The position numbers and the translations under genes were made by a program. A DNA stretch of 53,240 nucleotides from Octopus bimaculoides (lineage: Eukaryota), in contig NC_068986.1 of the NCBI RefSeq assembly GCF_001194135.2, positions 114,525,398 to 114,578,637 of the forward strand. The letters are read 5' to 3'. The notes beneath the pieces were generated by a model. The model did not search any database, was not told the origin of the DNA, and saw nothing but the letters and a program-made list of their open reading frames with translations. Below are positions 37,000-48,963 of this stretch, in pieces (within the stretch, counting starts at the first letter, position 1; each line of letters opens with the position of its first letter).

Positions 37000-37133
37000 T
37001 TGTTTAGTCAATGGATCGTAGCCATGCTGGGGTCCTGCATAAAGGCTTTTCGTAATCGATCAAATCGACCCCCAGTACTTATTTTTAAACGTCTACTGAT
37101 CATTCTATCATACTTTTATTGCCGAATTCTAAG

Positions 37134-37135
<2 letters not shown>
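37000..37135 (-). mobile_element. Diverged SINE family A 3' half
   Basis: TTTAGTCAATGGATCGTAGCCATGCTGGGG...ATCAAATCGACCCCCAGTACTT...TTGCCGAATTCTAAGTTAC. Confidence 0.65.
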
Positions 37136-37176
<41 letters not shown>

Positions 37177-37186
37177 NNNNNNNNNN

Positions 37187-37230
<44 letters not shown>

Positions 37231-37444
37231 ATGTGCCTGTATTAGTGTATGTATTGAGTTTGTATGTATGTATGTGTATAATATGTATACTGAAAACAAC
37301 ATTTCCTTCAATTACTTTTGATTGTTTTCGTTTTCTTATTCTCAAGTGTACGTATGAATTCACCAACATTTCTAGACTTCCATCATCTCCAGACAGAAAT
37401 GATACTAGCGTTTTTTACTACCTCTTTATAGTTGGCTGAGCCAA

Positions 37445-37980
37445 TGTGATTGATGCAAAAATTACAGCTGCGATTTGAAGTTTTGACTATTTGATTTATA
37501 TAATACTGACCACGTGTTTATTTTTGCCTGTAATAGGTGTTATACTGTTTGTGTGTTTATTTTAGTCATGTGCTGTGCTATGAGTATTTATTCCTTCATT
37601 AATGACTTTTTCTGTTGGAAATTTTGTTGAGTATAAATGTGATATTTACTAAAGTTTGCCTATCAGTAGTTTCGCTTTGTTATTTAGTGTAGTGCTTTCC
37701 TTGTTGTAGGGCGCATTGCAAGCCGGTGGAAAAGTGCTATATTACAACTGGAATTGTCAAGCTAGAGACTTGCACCTTTGCAATCGAATTTATAGATCAC
37801 GTTGACCATTAATAGCTTGCAAGCAGATGTACGTTTGTTTGTTATTGATAAGAAGCTTTATAATAAATTTTAGTGGTTTTGCTGTATAAAATTAGTGTTT
37901 AGAATAAGGTCACTCGAAATGGAGAATGACTTGTAAGTAGGTAACCATGCCTCCGCTGCATTTTTTAAGTATTTAGTCGC
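37445..37980 (-). mobile_element. Penelope-like element GIY-YIG endonuclease remnant
   Basis: NVIYKFDC at 37778-37803, then frameshifted LQQG..H..DRQTLVNITFILNKISNRK..ILIAQH, typical of the Penelope EN C-terminal half. Heavily decayed. Confidence 0.55.
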
Positions 37981-39051
37981 AAGCAAATATAAAAACTTGC
38001 TCGGCTCTCCCACACTTGTGACAGCCGGAGGAAGAGAAAGCTAAAACAGCAGCACTCGATTGGTACTCATTTCCCCTATATAGGAACAAGCAACGTGAAA
38101 TGAAATGCCTTGTTTAAGGACACAACGTGCCACTTTAACCACCAGGTCACGCACCTTAGGTCACGCATCTTTACTCTTAGTGTTAACTTATGATTCAATG
38201 TTATGCCGCTTGTGTTGTTTTATTAGGATATGGTATGCTAACTAATTTATAGTTAACATGCGTTTGATTCATTTATCATATCCTGTGTTGTTTGTCTAGT
38301 TTTAATAGGTGTAGTGTTGGTGTATTAATTTGTGTACTATGTCCTGTGGCTTCTTATTTGTTGAAAATCTGAAGGCTCTTCGAACTAGGTAATTCACTAC
38401 TGAAACTTTGTGTTTCCGTGGACATTTGTTGTCTTCTTGTCTGTATATGCATTTTATACGTATCATTGGTGTAAATCAGGGGTACTCAACCATTTTTTAC
38501 CTTTGATTACTATTTTTTTCTGGTGGACCCCATTCGATGTTTAAAAATCTAGTTTTATAGAAAATTCTTATAGAAAATATGAATGTNNNNNNNNNNNNNN
38601 NNNNNNNNNNNNNNNNNNNNNNNNNNNNNNNNNNNNNNNNNNNNNNNNNNNNNNNNNNNNNNNNNNNNNNNNNNNNNNNNNNNNNNNNNNNNNNNNNNNN
38701 NNNNNNNNNNNNNNNNNNNNNNNNNNNNNNNNNNNNNNNNNNNNNNNNNNNNNNNNNNNNNNNNNNNNNNNNNNNNNNNNNNNNNNNNNNNNNNNNNNNN
38801 NNNNNNNNNNNNNNNNNNNNNNNNNNNNNNNNNNNNNNNNNNNNNNNNNNNNNNNNNNNNNNNNNNNNNNNNNNNNNNNNNNNNNNNNNNNNNNNNNNNN
38901 NNNNNNNNNNNNNNNNNNNNNNNNNNNNNNNNNNNNNNNNNNNNNNNNNNNNNNNNNNNNTATATATATATATAGTCATATATATATATATTTATATGTA
39001 TGTGTATTAAATATCTATATATAAATGTATATAATGTACATATTTTTTCCT

Positions 39052-40849
39052 AGTTTCAGCTTAGAGCTGTGGCCATGCTGGAGCACCGCCGTTTTGCTAC
39101 AGTTTTTACTGAGATCCTCCTCTAATATGTGGCACTTGGAGAAGAATGGAGTTTGTTGTAGCTACTCTTATTTGCACCTCTTGCTGTGAGGTAGGTTCAT
39201 CTGGGACTCGCAACAGGAAGAGCTCCAGCCTTGATTTGAAAATGCCTAAATCCACATTGTTCAGGACCATCAGTCTGTTTGGGAGAATATTAAAAAGCAG
39301 TGGGCCCCTGAAACCCAGGCTGTTGCAGTAACTGGTCCTGAAGTGCGATGGCATTGCTGGGATCTTTGGGACTGTGCAGTGGCGACCCGTTTTGGCATTG
39401 CTGTAGCTTTCAATGCCAAAATTTGGCACAATTCCTTCTAGGATCCTCCAGACGTATACTACTGCATACCTCTCTCGCCTTCGCTCCAGGGTGTGAAGAC
39501 TCAGCTCTTTCAGCATTTCCCAGTAGCTGAGCTGTTGCAATGAGACGATCTTTTTTGTGAAGCTTCGTTGGATTGCTTCAAGGTCTGCTGTTAATTTTGC
39601 ACTGTTGGGTGACCATAGTTGGGAGCAGTAATCCAGGTGGCTGAGAACGAATGTCTTCCAGGGGATCATCATGTTTCATTTTCTCTGGTTCTGAATGCTC
39701 TCAGTATCCAGCCAGCCAGTCGTGTGCACGTTGTCGCTATTTTGTTAATGTGCACTTGGAAAGAGGTATCACCACTCATGTCGATACCTAGGTCCCTCAC
39801 TGATTTAGGCTCTGGGATTGTAACTCCCTGTGGACCAGTGGACCCTGTAAGTTTCATGTTCAGTTTTGGACACTGATAGCGCAGGGCTTGGAATTTTTGA
39901 GCATTAAACTGCATATTATTATCCTCAGCCCATCTGTATTCCATCGTAACTGCCTCGCTGGTTATAGGTAAGGCGGCAAAGAAATCCACTGCTTCGTTCA
40001 TTTGTCTGTGTTCCAACGGGGTGGTGAAGACACTTTTGAACTGTTCATTCAGTACCTCACTGATCTTGGTTGGACTATCTGTGAGGGAGCCATCCTTTTC
40101 GAAGAGGGCTCCTATCTTGCAGCGTACTAAAGCTGTTTCTTTCGCATAATGAAAGAAGGCTTTTCGGTTTGACTTAATGTTTTTTTATAAGTGAGGCTTC
40201 TTTGTCTGCTCTCTCCCTCACATAGGATTGTTGCAGGCTTTTTTCAATCTCCATCAGTGTTGTTTTAGGCGGGATCTTTCACTACTTTTGGAACGTTGGT
40301 TGAGGCGATTTGCCACCTTCGTCCGTCGTCTCATGACGATCTTCCCCTCCCTTGGAATCGTGTTCCTTTTTGTGTTGGCCTTGTGCTCTGGGACATATTT
40401 CTGGCAAATGGTTTGCATAACAGATATGAAATAGTCTAGTTTCATGCCAATGTCTGGTGTGGAGAGACATTTCGGCCAGTCCTGTCTGCGGATCTCTTTT
40501 TCATCGATTCCGAGTCTGCTTTGTGGAAGTACAGATTGGAGAGATTTTGGATGCTTCCTTTAGGCTGTATGTCTTTGGCTACTATCGGCCCAAACATAGA
40601 CAGCTCTATTATGTTGTGATCCGAGACTAATGTCGGTGTCACTTTCGCATCATGAACGATGTCCATAGTGTTTGTGAAGCAGAGATCCAAAATGTTATTC
40701 GCCCTAGTTGGTCTGAGCACAACTTGCTCCATGAATAGGGCATTGGTGAGTTTGAACAGGAACTCCACCTGTGCTTGTTTGCAATGAGTCATACCTGAGA
40801 GTATGAGGCCTTCGGGCCATTTGACGTTGGGGAAATTGAAATCACCCAT
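39052..40849 (-). mobile_element. CR1-clade LINE ORF2 remnant: APE C-terminus, linker and post-RT domain, with the RT core deleted; 5' part lost in a gap
   Basis: GDFNFPNVKW..LDLCFTN..SDHNII (APE motifs), KAFFHYAK, NEQFKSVFT, then RWAEDNNMQFNAQKF..RDLGI..SHLDYCSQLWSP..LERRRER..FLLRVPDEP. The 3' tail is at 39053-39090. Confidence 0.93.
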
Positions 40850-41874
40850 ATATATATATATATATATATANNNNNNNNNNNNNNNNNNNNNNNNNNNNNN
40901 NNNNNNNNNNNNNNNNNNNNNNNNNNNNNNNNNNNNNNNNNNNNNNNNNNNNNNNNNNNNNNNNNNNNNNNNNNNNNNNNNNNNNNNNNNNNNNNNNNNN
41001 NNNNNNNNNNNNNNNNNNNNNNNNNNNNNNNNNNNNNNNNNNNNNNNNNNNNNNNNNNNNNNNNNNNNNNNNNNNNNNNNNNNNNNNNNNNNNNNNNNNN
41101 NNNNNNNNNNNNNNNNNNNNNNNNNNNNNNNNNNNNNNNNNNNNNNNNNNNNNNNNNNNNNNNNNNNNNNNNNNNNNNNNNNNNNNNNNNNNNNNNNNNN
41201 NNNNNNNNNNNNNNNNNNNNNNNNNNNNNNNNNNNNNNNNNNNNNNNNNNNNNNNNNNNNNNNNNNNNNNNNNNNNNNNNNNNNNNNNNNNNNNNNNNNN
41301 NNNNNNNNNNNNNNNNNNNNNNNNNNNNNNNNNNNNNNNNNNNNNNNNNNNNNNNNNNNNNNNNNNNNNNNNNNNNNNNNNNNNNNNNNNNNNNNNNNNN
41401 NNNNNNNNNNNNNNNNNNNNNNNNNNNNNNNNNNNNNNNNNNNNNNNNNNNNNNNNNNNNNNNNNNNNNNNNNNNNNNNNNNNNNNNNNNNNNNNNNNNN
41501 NNNNNNNNNNNNNNNNNNNNNNNNNNNNNNNNNNNNNNNNNNNNNNNNNNNNNNNNNNNNNNNNNNNNNNNNNNNNNNNNNNNNNNNNNNNNNNNNNNNN
41601 NNNNNNNNNNNNNNNNNNNNNNNNNNNNNNNNNNNNNNNNNNNNNNNNNNNNNNNNNNNNNNNNNNNNNNNNNNNNNNNNNNNNNNNNNNNNNNNNNNNN
41701 NNNNNNNNNNNNNNNNNNNNNNNNNNNNNNNNNNNNNNNNNNNNNNNNNNNNNNNNNNNNNNNNNNNNNNNNNNNNNNNNNNNNNNNNNNNNNNNNNNNN
41801 NNNNNNNNNNNNNNNNNNNNNNNNNNNNNNNNNNNNNNATATATATAAATGTATATACATAAATGTGTGTGTGT

Positions 41875-42653
41875 ATGATGGCTGCAAATGCCATATATTA
41901 TGTGCCCGATCTGTCTGAACTCAAATGTCTGAACTCATAAGGCATCTATCGTGATGCCCACTTGTCAGGTCGAGATTGTAGCCAAAGGATGCTAATCGCC
42001 ACTCTTCACGAGTAAAATGCCTGCAGTCCAATCTGACTTGTCGTAGCTCCTATGTTTCATGTTCTCCGGAGCGGACGTTTGGCTGCGTTACTTTGAAGCT
42101 CTTAAATGGTCTTTTCTATCGGCTTGAGACTCCAGCCTTTCTCGTTTCTCTTTTGGAGTCTCGTGTTTCGTCAACCGTCGTTTCTGCTTTAGTGTCTCTT
42201 GCTCCCTCAACTGGATGATTGCCTGTTTATTTCAAACTGAAGCTTTAATCTCGTTGCTTTGTGTCTCCACGGCATTTCATTGTCTCCGAGATTGGAGCCT
42301 GTCCTACATTTCTGCTTGTGTTTCCCTAGCCCTTCGACTTCTGGGGCACCGGGCTTCAGATGGTTGAAAAGTATTATATTGTCTTCTATGCATCATATTG
42401 AATGTTCTAAAGTAAAATATCTAAAAAATCAAAAATAAATCTCGTAACATTCAATTCAGTCATTGTTATTTCTAGATTCAATCAGGTGGCTTTATTTCAT
42501 CCAACTACGAAACTTCATAAAAATCGGTGCGGTATGACAATTACACCTTTTATAGATATCACCAAACTTCACTTCACAAACCGAAAAATGCGATTGCCTC
42601 AAATCATAGCACATTTAACACAAGCGATATTCAAATTACGATATAGTAGAAGA
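41875..42653 (-). mobile_element. Helitron 5' fragment (RepHel N-terminus)
   Basis: Start TCTTCTACTATATC at 42653, a charged repeat EQETLKQKRRLTKHETPKEKRERLE, then WRLASFGYNLD..QIGHIIYGICSHH. This resembles the Helitron N-terminal ETPEEREARL / AFxYxP / IGxMxxxCxHC region. Confidence 0.6.
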
Positions 42654-43599
42654 CTTCATATATATATATATATANNNNNNNNNNNNNNNNNNNNNNNNNN
42701 NNNNNNNNNNNNNNNNNNNNNNNNNNNNNNNNNNNNNNNNNNNNNNNNNNNNNNNNNNNNNNNNNNNNNNNNNNNNNNNNNNNNNNNNNNNNNNNNNNNN
42801 NNNNNNNNNNNNNNNNNNNNNNNNNNNNNNNNNNNNNNNNNNNNNNNNNNNNNNNNNNNNNNNNNNNNNNNNNNNNNNNNNNNNNNNNNNNNNNNNNNNN
42901 NNNNNNNNNNNNNNNNNNNNNNNNNNNNNNNNNNNNNNNNNNNNNNNNNNNNNNNNNNNNNNNNNNNNNNNNNNNNNNNNNNNNNNNNNNNNNNNNNNNN
43001 NNNNNNNNNNNNNNNNNNNNNNNNNNNNNNNNNNNNNNNNNNNNNNNNNNNNNNNNNNNNNNNNNNNNNNNNNNNNNNNNNNNNNNNNNNNNNNNNNNNN
43101 NNNNNNNNNNNNNNNNNNNNNNNNNNNNNNNNNNNNNNNNNNNNNNNNNNNNNNNNNNNNNNNNNNNNNNNNNNNNNNNNNNNNNNNNNNNNNNNNNNNN
43201 NNNNNNNNNNNNNNNNNNNNNNNNNNNNNNNNNNNNNNNNNNNNNNNNNNNNNNNNNNNNNNNNNNNNNNNNNNNNNNNNNNNNNNNNNNNNNNNNNNNN
43301 NNNNNNNNNNNNNNNNNNNNNNNNNNNNNNNNNNNNNNNNNNNNNNNNNNNNNNNNNNNNNNNNNNNNNNNNNNNNNNNNNNNNNNNNNNNNNNNNNNNN
43401 NNNNNNNNNNNNNNNNNNNNNNNNNNNNNNNNNNNNNNNNNNNNNNNNNNNNNNNNNNNNNNNNNNNNNNNNNNNNNNNNNNNNNNNNNNNNNNNNNNNN
43501 NNNNNNNNNNNNNNNNNNNNNNNNNNNNNNNNNNNNNNNNNNNNNNNNNNNNNNNNNNNNNNNNNNNNNNNNNNNNNNNNNNNNNNNNNNNNNNNNNNN

Positions 43600-43633
<34 letters not shown>

Positions 43634-44072
43634 AGTGTGTATATGTAAGTGTATGTATCATTGGCAGACTGTTCATTTGGGATGGATCAACGGAATGAAT
43701 CAAAGAACGAACCGCTGTAACAAAGATTACGCTTCCAGATAAATGCGCGCGCGTGTGCGCACTCGAATATAAAAACACACTTTGAACATTAAAATTATAT
43801 ACATACACACGATTCTGACACTTGTATGTGTAATTGTATGTTCATCCTTACATGTATTCTGCTGAATGTATGCATTTTTGAAGTGTATGTCTATGTGTGC
43901 GTGTGTGTATGTTTCTGTTTGTTAGTTATCTTAAGATTACGTCATTAAAATACACTTTGAAGATCAAAAAAATCTGCTTGGTAAAACATCTAATTTCAAT
44001 GATGATGGTGGTGGTTATAGTGGCGTTGGTGGAGGAGACGATGATGATTGTGGGTGTAGATGAGTATACGAA

Positions 44073-44103
<31 letters not shown>

Positions 44104-44206
44104 GCATGTGCGTGTATGTGTGTGAATGTATAAATATATATATGACAGATGTATATATGATTATGTATGTATACATATAAACATGTCTGTGTGCATATAT
44201 ATATAT

Positions 44207-44257
<51 letters not shown>

Positions 44258-44489
44258 TATAGATAGATAGATAGATATATGCACACATATGTACATATCC
44301 TTACACGTGTGGTGATGGGGTTGTGGGTGGATGGTTGTGTTTATATTGTATTAAATATACTATTGAAACACGAAAAAAGTGATAAAAATCTAGAAAACTA
44401 GAACACGGTCGTGTTTAAGAACAAAGTGCTCTCCCATCCCACATTTATATTCATGCGCATCTCTGTGTGTGTATATGAGCCGCACAGAC

Positions 44490-44650
44490 AGGGAGGGAAG
44501 CGACATTGGATTGGCAGAATAGTTAAAGCGTCAAAAAAAAAGAGCATTAAGAAGTATGTTCCGGCTCATTGTTTTATACTCAAATCTGACCAAAGTCAAC
44601 TTTGCCTTCCGTCCTTCAGTGGAGTTCTTTAATCGAATAAATACAATCAA
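44490..44650 (+). mobile_element. Degenerate SINE family D copy
   Basis: TTGGCAGAATAGTTAAAGCGTC...AAGTCAACTTTGCCTTCCGTCCTTC. Confidence 0.55.
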
Positions 44651-44822
44651 CTAGGACTCCTCAATAACTTCAATGGCAAACAGTTTCATGCTGGATTAAC
44701 GGTATCAATTCAACAACCAACCACGGTAACTAAGGTTATGCATACTCCAAGGGCTACTGGCCACATTCCAAGTATATGCATGTTTGTGTGTGTATGTGTG
44801 CATGTATGTGTATATGTATGCA

Positions 44823-44871
<49 letters not shown>

Positions 44872-45049
44872 GAGAGCGAGAGACAGACAGGAAAAGAGAT
44901 TTCAAGCTCATCGAAGAAAACACATGGCTAACGTCGACTGCACGAAACCTTTAAAAAATAACCCGAAATCGTATGTTTGTAAGCACAGCTTTTGTCACTC
45001 TGTGAACAGAAAAAGCCGGACAGATGTGACTAATTTCTATTCTTTTTAG

Positions 45050-45445
45050 ATCCTCATCAAAGAACACCTATTGTCTGACCATGAGCGATTCGTGTTTATT
45101 TTCCATTGTGAGGATACAATTGCATTTATTAAATACTAAAAGGTATATCTTACAATACATTTCGAATTACCCACAAAATGTTGTGCAGTGCATTATTAAT
45201 TATCAACATTGTCAGAGCTTGCACGAGTTTGCAAATTAAACGGGCTTGTGTTACTGTCTCTGAATTTGTATAAACAATAATTATAAACTACGGATCACTC
45301 GTATATAAATGGAAGTGTTTTTGTTTTTTGTTTTTTTTTTTGTAACCCACTGATGGAAATTTAAGAAAATTTAAAACTTCTTTTCCGTTCAAAGAGAAAT
45401 CAATTGTTTAGATTTTACCGAAAATAAACATCCAATTAACATTTG
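45050..45445 (+). other. Candidate terminal exon with 3' UTR (or a 93-nt internal exon, 45050-45142)
   Basis: Branch-like GACTAAT plus TTCTATTCTTTTTAG acceptor; phase-1 frame (D)PHQRTPIV* with stop at 45076-45078; non-repetitive AT-rich sequence downstream; AATAAA at 45423-45428. An alternative donor is AAAG|GTATAT at 45143. Confidence 0.3.
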
Positions 45446-45447
45446 TA

Positions 45448-46950
45448 TCATCATCGCTGCTTTTATACGTTCGCTCTATCTGCTGGCGTAGTCGGACAGG
45501 CCATCATACCCTAAGTTGGATTGTATTCAGGATGATTCCCGTACGAGATAAATCTGAGAACCACGTCTCGCTTACAGATCCCGATTTTCGCCACGCACTT
45601 TAAGGTTAGACAGCCTCCCTAACGCCAGACATTTTACAAAATGTACCGGGTGCATTGTATCACCACATCACTACTAGAGAGGTTGTCGTATCCTCAGCAA
45701 AGCATACAGGTCTTCGAGACCCTGCGTTGTTTCAGCTCGTTCTCCAGCCACATACCGTGGCACCAGCACTAATGATGTTGAATTGTTCCCCAGAAGACTA
45801 AACAGACCCCACTACTCCACTCTGGCTTTATTCAGGGCAGCAAGTCTAAGAGGCTGAATAGAAGAAAAGGTGATAATAGCTGAACTTGGGTGAGATGGTG
45901 TAAGAAGCAATGCTTTATGATAGGAGAAATAGAGATATTGGAGGGAAAAGGTGATAGAAGAGGAATTACTAGAATGGACAGTTGTACGGAAGAGACACAG
46001 TATGATTAGGAGTTAATAGGAAAGAAGCAGTAATGACAATGACATGTTTGGTAGTAAAAAAGTGTGACTTATTGATGGATAATTGCAGACATGAGCGATG
46101 GTAAAAAAAAAAGAGTGATGTATGTCAATCAAGAGAAATTAGGTGGAGAGGAAGTGATGGTTAGCCGTAAAGAAGAGCAATCGTGGGGTGAATTGGATAG
46201 AACAGTCGTAATGGAATAGTACCTCGTTTCATAGGTATCATGGTGGGAGAGAAAGAATGGTACAAATGTTGGTGAGAGTGAATAGGGAGAGATTCAATGC
46301 TGCCCCACGTTAGATGAATAGTATGGTACATCAAAAAAAGGGAAAGAGATGAAGAAATTAGATGGTATCGAAGAGGCGGAGTGGAGAGGGTAAGATAGGC
46401 AAAGAGACAAAGATAAATATATTAAGTCTTCCAGTCTCTATCACGGTCTTCGTTTTGGCGTTCTTTTCGCCTCAGCGCTGCGAGTTGCCAATCATCGCAG
46501 TCACTTGTCATCTGCTTCGTTAACCTCAGCATCTTGAAACCAGAACCAGCATCTCCAGATAAATCTTTACCTTTCAGCTCCGCGTCATACCTTTTTTGTA
46601 GCTTATATCGACTTTGAGGGCTCGACATCTCAAGCTCGTTTCCATGAAGTCCCATCTCTTGTACACTACATCTGACTCTTCTTGTCCACTTTTTCTCACA
46701 CTTGATTTGTATTCAAACTAACACTCCACATCCAGTGGAGAATGTTCCCTTCATACATTCCCACTCGTCAAAAATCCCCTGCATTCAAAACCTATGGTTC
46801 ACGACCATGCAGCAATACATTCAGTAGATAAGCATCATACTGTCTACTGTTCTCTTCGAGGCAGAAACGTTTTGTTGACAGGTAATAGCTGCTGGATCTT
46901 TTCTGACCCTGTTCTTCTTACTCTGATTACTTCGGTACACCCACGTCCAC
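45448..46950 (-). mobile_element. Degenerate RTE LINE 3' part with a ~1-kb 3' UTR
   Basis: IQQLLP..KSRQYDAYLLNVLLHG..ILHWMWSVS..VRCSVQE..MLRLTKQMTSDCDDWQLAALRRK. A purine-rich (+ strand) tract spans 45800-46420 and the (CAT)n terminus is at about 45449. Confidence 0.65.
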
Positions 46951-47075
46951 CCAAGCAGTTAGGTAACTAAGGTAGCGAAAGCTAACAACTACGCTTGTAA
47001 TGAGGCTTCTGAGTATTTGAATACATTTCGCAGGTATTCATAACTACTATACATACACACGTGTATATATGTGTG

Positions 47076-47107
<32 letters not shown>

Positions 47108-47579
47108 TNNNNNNNNNNNNNNNNNNNNNNNNNNNNNNNNNNNNNNNNNNNNNNNNNNNNNNNNNNNNNNNNNNNNNNNNNNNNNNNNNNNNNNNNNNNN
47201 NNNNNNNNNNNNNNNNNNNNNNNNNNNNNNNNNNNNNNNNNNNNNNNNNNNNNNNNNNNNNNNNNNNNNNNNNNNNNNNNNNNNNNNNNNNNNNNNNNNN
47301 NNNNNNNNNNNNNNNNNNNNNNNNNNNNNNNNNNNNNNNNNNNNNNNNNNNNNNNNNNNNNNNNNNNNNNNNNNNNNNNNNNNNNNNNNNNNNNNNNNNN
47401 NNNNNNNNNNNNNNNNNNNNNNNNNNNNNNNNNNNNNNNNNNNNNNNNNNNNNNNNNNNNNNNNNNNNNNNNNNNNNNNNNNNNNNNNNNNNNNNNNNNN
47501 CACACACGGCTTACTAAGGATGAAAGGACTGATTATTTAAGCTTTATTGCTTAGTGTTTATTTTCTATCACCCACACAA

Positions 47580-48140
47580 AAACCATCACAGCTACAACTA
47601 CTACCACTACAACTACTACACTACAACTACTACACTACAACTACTAATCTACTTATATCATTACCACTATCACGACTATAGTTACCAGTCCTACCAGCTA
47701 GTATTAAGAATACTATATCTACCCTCACCACCAACACATAACAACTACCATCATCATCACCAACATTACGACATATACTATTACTGCCAGTACCGTTGCC
47801 ATAACTATAGATAGTGTCCCTATCCCACGACCACCATCCCTACAGATACCACTATACGAGACTACGACTATAGCTGTGTTTGCCACTACTACCGACACCA
47901 TTACAACTACTAACTCCACTATAAGCACCACAGTCACAACTATAGCTATCATCAAATCCATCATTGGTGTCACTAACACCACCGTCACCAACTCATCCAC
48001 TACAACCTCTAGTAAGTACTGTTACATGTCACCACTACAGCTACTATAGCTATTATCATTTTGATTAATACAGCCACAGCCACAACCACTACAGCTACTA
48101 TAACCACCATCCACACAACTACAGAGTCCACCACCTAGTA
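47580..48140. repeat. (CTA/CAC)-rich cryptic trinucleotide repeat
   Basis: Visible directly. Confidence 0.85.
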
Positions 48141-48559
48141 CCACACACATTCAGCAATCTTGAGATTTATCAAATAAAAGTAAAAGAAAAAATCAATGAG
48201 AAAAAGAAAAGAAAACCTGATGAAAAATTAGCGTGTTGTATACATATGTTCCAGTATGTGTGTGTGCGCGCGCATGTTGACTTTCGAGTTATTTTAAAAG
48301 AATTTTAATGAATAACAACAGAACATTTCAGGATGGGGCGACTCACTGCTAAAAGTAGAAACAAATTTATTACAAAATTAGTTTTTGCCTGGGAGTTCTA
48401 GTTTCGCCTGACGGTTTAATCAACTAGTGCTTACATACTCACACACACAAACACACATATTAAACAAACGTCAAGAAATATAGAATATTTACCATTAGTT
48501 CACCTACAGGCCATCTAGATGCTTTAGTGACTATTTACTTTGTCAGCCACTGTTGAATT

Positions 48560-48650
48560 AAAGATATTCACTCGTTTGGGCACACAACACATGGCATTTG
48601 CAGCCATCATTAACGGTTATGTATAAACTGACCAGGAATGGACAAGGGAA
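48560..48650 (+). mobile_element. Short Helitron-related fragment
   Basis: About 34 bp with 4 mismatches to the reverse complement of 41877-41910; translates GHTTHGICSHH*RLCIN*PGM, similar to Helitron CxHC...PGMCC. Confidence 0.5.
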
Positions 48651-48892
48651 CTAAGCTAACACATTATATCTGACGGAATCTAACTGTGTTAGAAATGTGA
48701 ACAGAGTGCACTTATAGGCTAATATGACAAATAAGCAAACTTAAATACATATCAGAAATTGAAAACTAGCTGCACGTACGTGAACATAAGCAATGCGATT
48801 TTAGTGCATCTATAGATAAATATTTATTGAATGAATGCAAAGCGTAATTGAATGTGTATGTGAATGTTTGTGCATATGCAATATATATTATA

Positions 48893-48947
<55 letters not shown>

Positions 48948-48963
48948 ACTTGTATGTATATAT

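Noticed and set aside
38350-38415. Hammerhead-like CTGAAGG...GAAAC near the Penelope remnant
   Set aside because: The core deviates from CUGANGA, stems could not be built, and it is on the opposite strand to the element.
45484-45495. TGGCGTAGTCGG, matching a tRNA-Ser primer-binding site
   Set aside because: It falls where the RTE 3' terminal motif (TGCTGGCATGGGTTGGAC-like) is expected and no LTR end precedes it; best explained as drift of the RTE UTR.
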